In this document: one piece after another, positions 1 to 9,525 of the stretch
Layout of the letters: every line of letters begins with the position of its first letter
Position numbering within the stretch: the first letter of the stretch is position 1
DNA from: Candidatus Micrarchaeia archaeon
GTDB lineage: Archaea > Micrarchaeota > Micrarchaeia > Anstonellales > Anstonellaceae
NCBI GenBank assembly: GCA_041650255.1
Contig: JBAZLL010000002.1
Span: 38,932-102,931, forward strand
DNA length: 64,000 nucleotides
Direction of reading: 5' to 3'
Position numbers and translations under genes: made by a program
The notes under the pieces: model-generated
Told to the model about the DNA's origin: nothing
Databases searched by the model: none
Seen by the model: only the letters and a program-made list of their open reading frames with translations

Positions 1-1075
1 GCAAACTAATTTTTTCTTTTTTGCTTATTTTTTCACCTACTTTCTCCCCCAATCCCCGGCTGGTGCATCTCAGAATCGTCAATTCCAAACCCGCTTTGGA
101 AGTTATTTGCACCCTGTCCCCTTTTTGTTTCAAATAAGAATCGGCGTAATTTTCCCCGATTTTTATCCTGCCGCTTTTTTTGTCAAAAGTTGCCTCTCCC
201 CAGATGCGCGTCCCGTCCGCAAGGTTTGCCTCCACATTTTTTTTGTTTAATGCCTCAAGCCTTTCTTCAATATTTTTTGCTTTTCCCTGCTGGTTTTTTG
301 AAACAATTCTTACCTCTCTAATTCTGTCGCAGATTTTTGTGAAAAAAATAAGTTCGGAATGGTTTGGAAAAGACATCGGAATTTGTTGCATGTTTCGCAG
401 AGCGCCAAAAAGTTTGGAAAATGTTTTTGCCTTAAGCACCTGCTCAAATCCAAATTCGCCCGCATACTCGCTTGCAAGAAAATCCTCGTAAGTTCCGTCC
501 GATTTTTTGACTTTCGCATTTGCAAAAATAGCCTTTATCTGCTCTTCTTCCCCCGGAGCCATATATTCCGCAAGAATCTGGGGGGTTATCAATACTGTTT
601 TGGTGCTCACATCCACGCCCAAGAGTTTTTTCCCAAGCTGTTTGTTCATTTCTTTTTCAATTTCAATATTTAATTGGTATAATTCAATGTCCTCGCACGG
701 AACGCACGCGACAAGGCTTATGGCTTTCATCTCTTTTGCCTTTTTCGCTATTTTGTCTGTTTCAAAATTTAGATTCAAATCCGCAGGTCCGGACACTTTC
801 TTTCTTTTTTCACTGCCCGTTTTCATTGCTTCCTGAACCGCAATAGGACCAAACACAATGCACTGTATATCTTTGATGTCAAGCCAGGCAGACCCGTATT
901 TGCTTTTGTTTGATGCCAAAAACGAGATTAGCATTGATATGTCTGTATCCGCATATTTTTTCATGTCAAGTATTCCGGGATTCATATAATTTCCGGTCTG
1001 TGTTTCATTCGTAAAGTCTTGTTTTTGTATTGGCTGATGTCTATCTGCCATTACTAACTGAAACACGAATGTCAT
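1..1075 (-). CDS. Hypothetical protein, >350 aa, 3' end beyond window edge
   Basis: Hand translation: open frame from ATG 1075 (or 1051, MADRHQPIQK...) to position 2 with no stop; absent from the ORF track because it is incomplete; no family recognised. Confidence 0.75.
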   Translation of the reverse strand, partial: MTFVFQLVMADRHQPIQKQDFTNETQTGNYMNPGILDMKKYADTDISMLISFLASNKSKYGSAWLDIKDIQCIVFGPIAVQEAMKTGSEKRKKVSGPADLNLNFETDKIAKKAKEMKAISLVACVPCEDIELYQLNIEIEKEMNKQLGKKLLGVDVSTKTVLITPQILAEYMAPGEEEQIKAIFANAKVKKSDGTYEDFLASEYAGEFGFEQVLKAKTFSKLFGALRNMQQIPMSFPNHSELIFFTKICDRIREVRIVSKNQQGKAKNIEERLEALNKKNVEANLADGTRIWGEATFDKKSGRIKIGENYADSYLKQKGDRVQITSKAGLELTILRCTSRGLGEKVGEKISKKEKISL

Positions 1076-1183
1076 GCGCTGATTAATGCAATATCCTTAT
1101 TATTGGTTGCCCTCGGCCAAAAATCAAAAATAGATAAAAGAAGCCCGCGCAAATTGCGTCGGTCTATTGTCAAACAAACTATT

Positions 1184-1576
1184 CTAAATCAGAATGCCGT
1201 TCACTACGCCGTCTTGGCCAACTCGGTTTGTAACCTTTGCCGGACCTGCGTCTGTGTCAACAACTGCGCCTTTTGTAAGAATATTCTGTCTTGTAAAATG
1301 GCGGTTGTCAGGGTTGTCAGTCACTTTCTTTATTTTTACTTTTGAAATTTTTCCGTCTTTGCCCTTCACATTCATGTAAAGCGCGCCTTTCAATTTCACT
1401 TTTCTGATATTTCCCCTTGCGTTTTTCATGACGCGGGTATCCTTTGTCGCAACTTTTGCATTGGTGGGCGGACTACCAACATAACAGAGCTTTTTGCCCT
1501 CCATGCTTTTTCTCTTTCCACCTGTTCCACTTGATTTTGTCTTTACTGGTTTGTGATAATTACCCATAACATTCAC
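1184..1576 (-). CDS. rps8e: 30S ribosomal protein S8e
   Basis: KxSGGK-like N-terminus, RGNIRKVKL, NPDNRHFTRQNILTKGAVV, VTNRVGQDGVVNG are eS8 motifs. Confidence 0.96.
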   Translation of the reverse strand: MNVMGNYHKPVKTKSSGTGGKRKSMEGKKLCYVGSPPTNAKVATKDTRVMKNARGNIRKVKLKGALYMNVKGKDGKISKVKIKKVTDNPDNRHFTRQNILTKGAVVDTDAGPAKVTNRVGQDGVVNGILI

Positions 1577-1674
1577 CTAAAACATTTTTCAGCAATCAAA
1601 CTAAGTTTGTTCCTATCAACCATATGTATTTCGCATTTTTTAACCCTTTGGTTGCCCTGTTTGCAAGTATAAGG

Positions 1675-1733
1675 TTGCCTCAGATCTTAGTATAATCATC
1701 ACTTTTCAGGTTGTGTTTTCGTCATCGGCATGC
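1675..1733 (-). ncRNA. Box C/D methylation-guide sRNA (candidate A)
   Basis: Minus strand: C-like CCGATGA (1728-1722), 12-nt guide CGAAAACACAAC, D' CTGA, AAA, C' GTGATGA, 12-nt guide TTATACTAAGAT, D CTGA (1683-1680); GATATAAA TATA-like box about 25 nt upstream. Confidence 0.7.
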
Positions 1734-1820
1734 AATATTTGCAAATGAAGGTTTATATCCCAAAAGCATCAAATTCCCAGACCGTCCACATCAAATTCTG
1801 ACATTATTCATGTCTCAAAT

Positions 1821-2999
1821 TCATACCCCGAATGCATGCAAAATTGACGGGCCGATAAGGCTTCCCATAACATGGGTTCGCGACACTCTCCAAACAAGCG
1901 GTAAATATCCGATTGCAAACGCGGTTGCAAGCACCACCAACCCAAGAATTCCGTCCGAGAAAAACGTCATCACGATAAGATATGCCCCCAAAATTTTCGC
2001 AATAAGGTCCATGTCTATCTGTCCAATCTTTCTTCCCATCGGGCCGGCAAGCCTTGCCAAAAGAAACGCGCCCAACGCGGCGGAAAACAAAAATGCACCC
2101 GCAAACGAGGGCCAGCTTTGCACATTAATATCCGCCATTCCCTGTGCCATCGCAATCGTGCCAACCCGCGCAATTTTAATTGAGGCGGCGGATGCAATTG
2201 CAAAAACCGTATGGCTTGCCTCAATCGCCGCTACATGCGCAAGAAAGTTTCGCGCGGAATCCATCTTAAAAAACATCGAAGTGAACACGGCAATTTGTGC
2301 CGGAGTGGAAATTCCCGGAATCAAATCCGCAAGCGCTCCAAGCAAAACTCCTGCAAAAACATACGGCATATATGAAAGGGAATAATCCTGTTTTTCATTT
2401 TTGATAATTTTCGGCTTTGCCAAATTTCCGGACAAAAGCGCGGGCATTGTGAAAAAACCGACAAAGAGCGCAAAGAGCGGCTCATGCATTGGCATATCTA
2501 AAACCATTTTCCCAAGAATAGCGGCAAGCAAAAAAACCACTCCTGCTTTGAAAATTTTCTCCCTTCCAATCTCATGCGCAAGCAACGCGGCGGCCGCAAT
2601 GAGTAAAATATATCCGATATATGGCTCCACCACAGAAAAAATTGACGGCAAAATCGGAATAATAAACGGAATTGCCAAAATGCTTAGAATGCTTGCGACA
2701 ACTACCGAAACCGCAACAACCACTGCCGCTTCTTCGCCCCTCCCAAGTGAAAACATCCTCTGCCCCGGCAAAAGCGCAATTTGTGTCTGTCCTTCGGGCA
2801 CGCCCAAAAATATTGACGGCAAAAACGCAAGGGCGCAATGCACTCCTGCAATAATTATGAGCGCATACGCAATCTCAACATTTTGCCCGAATATTTGTAT
2901 AATCACCGCGCCGATGCTGTTTGGGTGCAATCCCGGCAAAAGCCCGGAAAGAACGCCGAGCACAATCGCCCCGATTAAAAGAAGAAAAGGCAACTGCAT
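1821..2999 (-). CDS. Tripartite tricarboxylate transporter TctA-family permease (DUF112)
   Basis: Polytopic; GLLPGLHPN, FLPSIFLGVPE, ALLPGQRM motifs of archaeal TctA-like proteins. Confidence 0.85.
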   Translation of the reverse strand: MQLPFLLLIGAIVLGVLSGLLPGLHPNSIGAVIIQIFGQNVEIAYALIIIAGVHCALAFLPSIFLGVPEGQTQIALLPGQRMFSLGRGEEAAVVVAVSVVVASILSILAIPFIIPILPSIFSVVEPYIGYILLIAAAALLAHEIGREKIFKAGVVFLLAAILGKMVLDMPMHEPLFALFVGFFTMPALLSGNLAKPKIIKNEKQDYSLSYMPYVFAGVLLGALADLIPGISTPAQIAVFTSMFFKMDSARNFLAHVAAIEASHTVFAIASAASIKIARVGTIAMAQGMADINVQSWPSFAGAFLFSAALGAFLLARLAGPMGRKIGQIDMDLIAKILGAYLIVMTFFSDGILGLVVLATAFAIGYLPLVWRVSRTHVMGSLIGPSILHAFGV

Positions 3000-3003
3000 T
3001 CGC

Positions 3004-3387
3004 TCATCTCATCACGAATATTTTTTGTGCCCTTACAAACCGATTTGAATACATCGCAGAAATTGTGCCGCTAATATTCACTTCGCCGCGGGAATAAATC
3101 GGGTCCTGCGCGCTCCAATCACCTACAATCTCATCCGGCGCATAAACGCTTATACACTCTTCATCAAGCGAGCAAACACTAAGCGTATTGCCTCCGCTTT
3201 TCGCGGTTATTTTTTGCACAGTTCCGACAAACTGCACTTTTTGCCCGTCGTCCATCACATTAATTCTTGCTATTTCAACGGTTGCAAAGCCCGATTGTGC
3301 CGGCCAGAAATAAAGTATCAATATTCCAAGAAGTGCGACCGCAAGCGCAATATATTGCAAGCGAGACGAATCGCATGCGATTTCCAT
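3004..3387 (-). CDS. Membrane-anchored OB-fold protein
   Basis: N-terminal TM helix then OB-like pattern (GQKVQFVGTV...GEVNISGTI); 4 bp from the tctA-like gene. Confidence 0.6.
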   Translation of the reverse strand: MEIACDSSRLQYIALAVALLGILILYFWPAQSGFATVEIARINVMDDGQKVQFVGTVQKITAKSGGNTLSVCSLDEECISVYAPDEIVGDWSAQDPIYSRGEVNISGTISAMYSNRFVRAQKIFVMR

Positions 3388-3501
3388 ACATTATAGTATG
3401 CCTAAAAAAAGTTATAATTCGACCTTTCTCAAACTGCATTCAAATCCGCATGCAAAACAATAGTTTGAGCCTCTCTCAAAATATTCAAATTCGCGTGAAA
3501 A

Positions 3502-4110
3502 TTACAGCTTGAGCCTTTTTTGAATCGTAATCAAATCGGCGTGCATCCCTTTTTCAATATCGTCCAATATTTCAAGCGCAACCTGTTTTACCATCTTATT
3601 CTCAATTTCCATTGCCTTTTTTCTCGCCTCTAAAATTGTTGCGACCGCACAATTTATTTTCCCGTCATAAATTTCTACTTCGGCCAATTCGCTTAAAATC
3701 GGGCATAAAATCGCCGCATCGTTTATTTTGCGCGAAGTTTTTTTCGCATCTGAATATTTTCCTTCGCGCGCCTGCTGGCTTGCCAATCTGTTCAGTGCCC
3801 AATTTTTATTTTCATCCCATTTAATGCATTCAATCGTTGAGTGGCTGTCATCAAACAATCCCGCTTCCGCTTCTCTGTACGCAATCTCGCGCAAAATCAG
3901 GTCCCGCTCAAGCGCATCCTTTTCATCAATGGCAAACGCTTTCGCTTCTCCAAATGTTTTTTTCGCAAGGGCGTGGTTTCCCCTCTTTGCCTGACTGCTT
4001 CCAATTTGAGCAAGCGATTCGCTCACAAGCCGATTATATTTTTTCCCTTTTGCAGGCCGCAGACTAAGCTTTTGCACAATCTTTTTTGCAGCTTTGGCTT
4101 TTTCCCCCAA
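3502..4110 (-). CDS. Helical-repeat (TPR-like) protein
   Basis: Repeating helical motifs (LAQIGSSQAKRG, LREIAYREAEAG, LNRLASQQAREG, LSELAEVEIYDG). Confidence 0.6.
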   Translation of the reverse strand: MGEKAKAAKKIVQKLSLRPAKGKKYNRLVSESLAQIGSSQAKRGNHALAKKTFGEAKAFAIDEKDALERDLILREIAYREAEAGLFDDSHSTIECIKWDENKNWALNRLASQQAREGKYSDAKKTSRKINDAAILCPILSELAEVEIYDGKINCAVATILEARKKAMEIENKMVKQVALEILDDIEKGMHADLITIQKRLKL

Positions 4111-4262
4111 TTTATCGCCTGTTTAACCCCCTCAATCACAGGTTTGAGCTTAATAAATGCAATGGAAAAAGCGGCACTCTCCTCAAGCAAAATATACACC
4201 AAAACTTTTTTTGCCAAGCCGAACAGGGCGTATTCAACCCCGCAAATTCTGATTTTTAACGC

Positions 4263-4883
4263 CTATTTCTCTTTAGAAATCCTTCTTGCCTCAAATTGCA
4301 AAAATATAAATGAGATTACAGATACTGCCGCAACCGCCCAAAGCAAATACCATGCATACATCACTTCTCCATAAAGAAAAAGCGCGAGCACAATCAATAT
4401 CGCAATAACCCTTTCCGCTCTGGGCATAATCGTTTTCATTTGCGCCGCTTCCTTATTGTCGGCAATTTCTCTGTGGCTTGCATAAGCCTTTGAAAAGCTT
4501 GTCATGCAGGTTCCAAAAAACAGTGTAATAAGCGCCGGAAAAACAAACTCGGCAAATAAAAATAGCGGCAAAAGCGCAAGAAACTCAACAAGTCGGTCGC
4601 AAATTCCATCCATATATGCGCCGAATTTTGATGTAAGCCCTTTTGCCCTGGCAATCGCGCCATCAATCGCATCAAGCGCAAACGAAATTGCAAACATGGG
4701 TATTGCAAGCAAATTTCCCCCGAATGCAAAATATGTCCCCGCCCCTGCGAATAAAACAGACAACGCGGTTATGTGATTCGGGTGCAGTGGAATCGGTTTT
4801 AGCATCTCCCCGAGCTTTTCCTGAAAATTTGAAAATGATTTTTTAAGCATGGTTTTCCCATTTTCAACAAATTTATTATTCAT
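4263..4883 (-). CDS. CDP-alcohol phosphatidyltransferase (archaetidyl-inositol/glycerol phosphate synthase type)
   Basis: HPNHIT and DAIDGAIAR...SKFGAYMDGICD signature. Confidence 0.93.
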   Translation of the reverse strand: MNNKFVENGKTMLKKSFSNFQEKLGEMLKPIPLHPNHITALSVLFAGAGTYFAFGGNLLAIPMFAISFALDAIDGAIARAKGLTSKFGAYMDGICDRLVEFLALLPLFLFAEFVFPALITLFFGTCMTSFSKAYASHREIADNKEAAQMKTIMPRAERVIAILIVLALFLYGEVMYAWYLLWAVAAVSVISFIFLQFEARRISKEK

Positions 4884-4923
4884 TGACAAAAATCTTGATC
4901 ATCGAACCCATCATCTGTCAATT

Positions 4924-6867
4924 CTACTCCACATTCCCTTTCTTCTCAACAATCTCCTTTAAGTGTGAAATAAATTCCTCTGCCTTCAAATTGTATTGCT
5001 TGCCGTTTCTCTCCCTTATCTGAAGCTCGCCGCCATCCTGCTCTTTCTTTCCAATCACGAGCATATATGGAATTTTCTGCAATTGCGCGTCCCTTATCTT
5101 CGCATTAATGGTTTCCGTCTTTTCATTGACAAAAACCCTCAATCCGTTCTCCTGTAATTTGTGTGCGAATATATTCGCAAAATCCAAATATTCGTCGGAC
5201 ACCGGAAGAAGCGCGACCTGCACCGGCGAAATCCAAATCGGGAATTTACCCGCATAATGCTCAATCAATATGCCCATGAATCTCTCCATTGAGCCGTAAA
5301 TCGCGCGATGAATCGCAACCGGAATATGGGATTGTCCGTCAGCCCCTTCATATTTTAGACCAAAGCGCATAGGCATCTGAAAGTCCAGCTGGCATGTGGA
5401 AAGCTGCCATATTCTTCCAATCGCATCCTTTACTTTAAAGTCAATTTTCGGACCATAAAATGCGCCATCTCCGGCGTTTATTTCATATTTCATGCCCACT
5501 TTGTCAAGTGCATTTCCAAGCGATTTTTCAGCCTTGTTCCAAGTGTCAATTTCGCCCATGAAACTTTGCGGGCGGGTTGAAAGCTCGGCAGTATATTCAA
5601 ATCCGAAAGTTTTGAGCACAACATCAATCAGCTCAAGCACGCCGATTACTTCCTGTTCAATTTGTTCCTGCGTGCAAAAGATGTGCGCATCATCCTGCGT
5701 AAATGCCCTTACTCTAAACATTCCGGAAAGAACGCCGGAAAGCTCGTGCCGATGCACAAGTCCGAACTCCGCCATTTTAATCGGCAGGTCCCGATAGCTT
5801 CGGGTGGAATTTGCAAATACGAGCATGTGCCCCGGGCAATTCATCGGCTTTACGCCGTAATCCTGCTCGTCAATTTTTGTGAAATACATATTGTCTTTGT
5901 AATGGTCCCAATGCCCCGATGTGTGCCAAATATTGCTGTTAACAATAATCGGGCTTTTTACCTCTACATATCCGCGCTTTTTGTGCTCCGCACGCAAAAA
6001 CGCCTCAAGCTCGTTTCTAATAATCGCCCCGTTTGGAAGCAGGAAAGGCATTCCGGGCGCAAGCTCACTAAACATTATGAGTCCGAGCTCCTTGCCGATT
6101 TTGCGATGGTCGCGTTTTTCGGACTCTTCAAGCCTTTTGAGATAATCGTCAAGTTCTTTTTTTGTGGCATAGGCAGTGCCATAGATTCTCTGCAACTGGT
6201 CGTTTTTGGCATCTCCTCTCCAATATGCACCAGCGACCTTCATCAGCTTGAACGCGCCTGCCTTTGCCGTAGATGGCAAATGCGGGCCGGAACACAAATC
6301 AAAAAATTCTTTTGCATCTTTCGGGCTTTTGGGAGTTTTTTCATTATAATAAATTGAAATTGCCTCTTCTTGTGGCAATGCGTTGATTACTTCTCTCTTG
6401 TACACATTGTCCGAATAAAGCTCAAGCGCTTTTTTCCTGTCAACCTCAACGCGCACAAATGGCTGGTCTTCTTCAACAATTTTCTGCATCTCATTTTCAA
6501 TCTTTATCATGTCGTCCGGAGTGAATGGCTGTTTTCTTGCAACGTCATAATAAAATCCTTCTTCAATAACCGGTCCGATAGTGAGTTTTGCATCCGAAAA
6601 AAGCCTTTGTATCGCCTGCGCCATAATGTGCGCGCTTGAATGTCTAACCACTTCAAGCCCTTCGGGAGTTTGCGGTTTTATCAAAATAAGTTTCGCGCCA
6701 TCGTGCAATTTTGCACTCAAATCAGCCATCTTGCCATCTATTTTCGCGGCAACAACTGCGCGTGCAAGTCCCGGACTTATTTTCATCGCCGCATCATGCG
6801 CGCTTGAGCCCGCACTCATCTCAAGCGGTTTGCCGTCCGGCAATATGATTTTGATACTCCCAGTCAT
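4924..6867 (-). CDS. thrS: Threonyl-tRNA synthetase, bacterial type (TGS + editing domain)
   Basis: TGS N-terminus, RHSSAH and DLCSGPH editing motifs, RDHRKIG, KPMNCPGH, FYGPKID, HRAIYGSMERF; likely start MTGSIK at 6867. Confidence 0.97.
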   Translation of the reverse strand: MTGSIKIILPDGKPLEMSAGSSAHDAAMKISPGLARAVVAAKIDGKMADLSAKLHDGAKLILIKPQTPEGLEVVRHSSAHIMAQAIQRLFSDAKLTIGPVIEEGFYYDVARKQPFTPDDMIKIENEMQKIVEEDQPFVRVEVDRKKALELYSDNVYKREVINALPQEEAISIYYNEKTPKSPKDAKEFFDLCSGPHLPSTAKAGAFKLMKVAGAYWRGDAKNDQLQRIYGTAYATKKELDDYLKRLEESEKRDHRKIGKELGLIMFSELAPGMPFLLPNGAIIRNELEAFLRAEHKKRGYVEVKSPIIVNSNIWHTSGHWDHYKDNMYFTKIDEQDYGVKPMNCPGHMLVFANSTRSYRDLPIKMAEFGLVHRHELSGVLSGMFRVRAFTQDDAHIFCTQEQIEQEVIGVLELIDVVLKTFGFEYTAELSTRPQSFMGEIDTWNKAEKSLGNALDKVGMKYEINAGDGAFYGPKIDFKVKDAIGRIWQLSTCQLDFQMPMRFGLKYEGADGQSHIPVAIHRAIYGSMERFMGILIEHYAGKFPIWISPVQVALLPVSDEYLDFANIFAHKLQENGLRVFVNEKTETINAKIRDAQLQKIPYMLVIGKKEQDGGELQIRERNGKQYNLKAEEFISHLKEIVEKKGNVE

Positions 6868-6899
6868 ACCTAACCTTTCTTCATAAAAATTTAAAACCA

Positions 6900-6938
6900 A
6901 GCCCTTTTCTTTCTTTTTGCGAAAAGAAAAAAAGGTCT
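6900..6938. repeat. Pyrimidine/purine palindrome (dispersed family copy)
   Basis: AGCCCTTTTCTTTCTTTTT-GCG-AAAAGAAAAAAAGGTCT; ends match the copy at 48277-48307 read on the minus strand. Confidence 0.65.
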
Positions 6939-7076
6939 GCTAGGCTCATTTTGTTTTGCAAAATAGGGTGCCAAAACCGATGCGTTGGTTCTGTGTCATC
7001 CCTCAAAAGGAAAAACAAGTTTTTTCCCAAAAATGCAAGAAATCGGAATTAGAAATTAATATATAAAAAATAGAAA

Positions 7077-7685
7077 TTACTTTTTCTTCTTCACTTTTGT
7101 TTTTGCCGCTTTTTGTGCAAGTTCCAAATTTTTGTCATATTGCGGCTCGTGCGGCCACACTCCCTTTGCCATCGCAAAATCTTTTTCCGCCAAGTCAAAT
7201 CGGGTTTGTGAATAATACATCACTCCGCGCCCGTTGTATGCGACCGCGAGCGCTTGGTTCAGCTCCTTATCATCCTGGTCCATCTTAAGCGCGGCAAGCA
7301 GGTTCTTTATTGACTCGCCGTATTTTTTGTTATTATAAAGTTCATACGCATTCTTGCAAAGTTTGTCAATGGCGCTTTTTTTAGCAGAATCCTGCGCAAG
7401 CTTGAGATTTTGCAAATACTGATTATTTGTAGGTTCAAAATCCTTTGCCATTCTAAAATCATTGACCGCCTGTTCATATTTTTTAGCATCATATTTTGCG
7501 ACGCCCCGGTTATTGTAGCAACTTGCAAGAGCCATTTTGTACTTGGGATTTTTCGAATCCCCGCTCAACGCAGCCCTGAATTCGGTTATGGCTTTGTCAT
7601 AATCTTTCTTATTGTAAAATACAACTCCTGCATTATATCTTTCGATGTGCCCTGTCTTGGATTTTTTGCTTGCCATGAACTTCAA
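7077..7685 (-). CDS. TPR-repeat protein
   Basis: Repeated YN/YNxRG..Y..K.YD.A...F..A...P.N..Y..NL..A units. Confidence 0.9.
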   Translation of the reverse strand: MKFMASKKSKTGHIERYNAGVVFYNKKDYDKAITEFRAALSGDSKNPKYKMALASCYNNRGVAKYDAKKYEQAVNDFRMAKDFEPTNNQYLQNLKLAQDSAKKSAIDKLCKNAYELYNNKKYGESIKNLLAALKMDQDDKELNQALAVAYNGRGVMYYSQTRFDLAEKDFAMAKGVWPHEPQYDKNLELAQKAAKTKVKKKK

Positions 7686-7747
7686 ATCAAGAAATACTTT
7701 ATAAACTTAACACAAGCGTTGCATTGCGCCCGCAAGATTTTGTTTAT

Positions 7748-9418
7748 TTAGCGAAATATCCATGGCAGTATATTTACTATAAACGCGCCACAAGCAATTA
7801 CTGCTATTGCCATCGCGATCTTTTTGTTTCCAACTCCGTTTTCCATAAGCTTGTTCCCATCAAAAAGTGGAATCGGCAAAAGATTCACAATTCCCACAAG
7901 CACGCTTGTTGCAAATATGAGCCCGAGCGTATTTAGCACAAATCCCATCCATTCAAAGCCCGGAATAAATTTGTATCTAAAGCCCAGTCCGCTTTTATCA
8001 TAATAACTCATACTTATCCCGATTTTTCCATTCGAATCCGTTACCCTGTCAAATGTTCCGGCGCTGGTTTGGATTTGCACATTAGTATTTGCAGAAAGGC
8101 TTACATTTTGTCCGTAATATTTTTCCCCGCCGATTGAATAAATCGCCGCACCTTGCGGAAGCGGGCCGGATTCAACAAAATATCCTTCAAGTCTAATATC
8201 CTGTGTCATGGCAATAACTCCGGTAAGAAGTGCAAACGTTATCATTGCCATTATCAGATTCGATGCGCTTCCTGCAACAAGTATGCGGTTTATCTCGTGC
8301 GTTTTTATATTGTTCATATCTTTTTCATCAGGCTCCACAAACGCGCCAAATGGTAATATGCCCCAGAAAACTATTCCGGCAGAATCCAGTCTTACATTGT
8401 ATATTCTTGCAAGTAATCCATGCGACATCTCATGCACTACAAGCAGGGACGCAAGCGCGATTATGCCCTCAACAAGAGGCAAATTTATTCCCGGAATTAT
8501 GGGTGCGCCCCCCGGTGGCGGAAGCCCGTCGGAGTTAAATTTTCCTCCGGTAATCAGTGCAATTATTCCCGCGCCGATTTTTCCAAGGAGCGCCGGCAAT
8601 ATGATAAGTGAATAATACACAAGTGAGAGTACTACCGATCCGGCAAGTCCGAAAATTATCAACACCAATGTTGCAAATATTCCAAAATAAGAAAAATTGT
8701 AATCTTTTCCGGCGACATTCGCCTTAAATCCGCCGATATCTGATACACTTTCGCGCAAATAATTTGATGCGCTGTGCACGTCTCCCCCGCTAATCATTCC
8801 CGCAACAACCGGAAACGCCATAGGTGCCACAACGCTTGAGAAAAGCAGAAGAAGCAAAATGCCAAAGATGTAAATCGGAATCAGGCTTGTGAGTTTTTTT
8901 CTCTCGGGTGCAAAAAGAAAATAGCTGAAAAGCCCATAACCAAGTACTAATCCGACGTCCGCAAGTGCAACCCATATTTTTTCATATCTTTTTGCCTGCC
9001 TGTCAATCCAGCTAAGTGTGCTTCTGTCTTTGAAGAGTATGAGCCCCCATGTTCCTTCCCAGCCCATCCACGCCCGCGCAATCTCACCGCTTAAAATAAA
9101 TAGCAATGCGGACGAAATTGCCTTTTGCATCGCCGAGAATTCGCCGTTAAGAATTTTTGTGAATGTAAATGCCACCAAGACGGCGAACAATATTATTCCA
9201 ATCCATCTTGTTGTTTTATTTTTCGGGCTGATTTTTTCAATCACGTTTCTCATCGGTGCAAACGGATCCGAAATATCTATTCCTACTTTTTTTTGGTCCG
9301 GTGCGAATTCCAAATTTTTTTTGTGTACTAAATGGGTTGCGGACTGTGTATTTGCATTAATATCCGTGTTTTCATTTCCTTTGTTTGGTTTGTTAGCTAA
9401 GAGTTCATCATTTGCCAT
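7748..9418 (-). CDS. Site-2 protease (M50) with extra N-terminal membrane region
   Basis: HEMSHG (HExxH), GAFVEPD, VAGSASN, NLLPIPLFDG. Confidence 0.92.
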   Translation of the reverse strand: MANDELLANKPNKGNENTDINANTQSATHLVHKKNLEFAPDQKKVGIDISDPFAPMRNVIEKISPKNKTTRWIGIILFAVLVAFTFTKILNGEFSAMQKAISSALLFILSGEIARAWMGWEGTWGLILFKDRSTLSWIDRQAKRYEKIWVALADVGLVLGYGLFSYFLFAPERKKLTSLIPIYIFGILLLLLFSSVVAPMAFPVVAGMISGGDVHSASNYLRESVSDIGGFKANVAGKDYNFSYFGIFATLVLIIFGLAGSVVLSLVYYSLIILPALLGKIGAGIIALITGGKFNSDGLPPPGGAPIIPGINLPLVEGIIALASLLVVHEMSHGLLARIYNVRLDSAGIVFWGILPFGAFVEPDEKDMNNIKTHEINRILVAGSASNLIMAMITFALLTGVIAMTQDIRLEGYFVESGPLPQGAAIYSIGGEKYYGQNVSLSANTNVQIQTSAGTFDRVTDSNGKIGISMSYYDKSGLGFRYKFIPGFEWMGFVLNTLGLIFATSVLVGIVNLLPIPLFDGNKLMENGVGNKKIAMAIAVIACGAFIVNILPWIFR

Positions 9419-9525
9419 AGCTTAGTTTGAATCATAACACATATAAGATTTGGTCGCCAACCAATTCTTGCATCTGCCTCTCACTTTTTAATTTGGGGCT
9501 AAAATTTTTCGTCGGAGTTGTTTTA

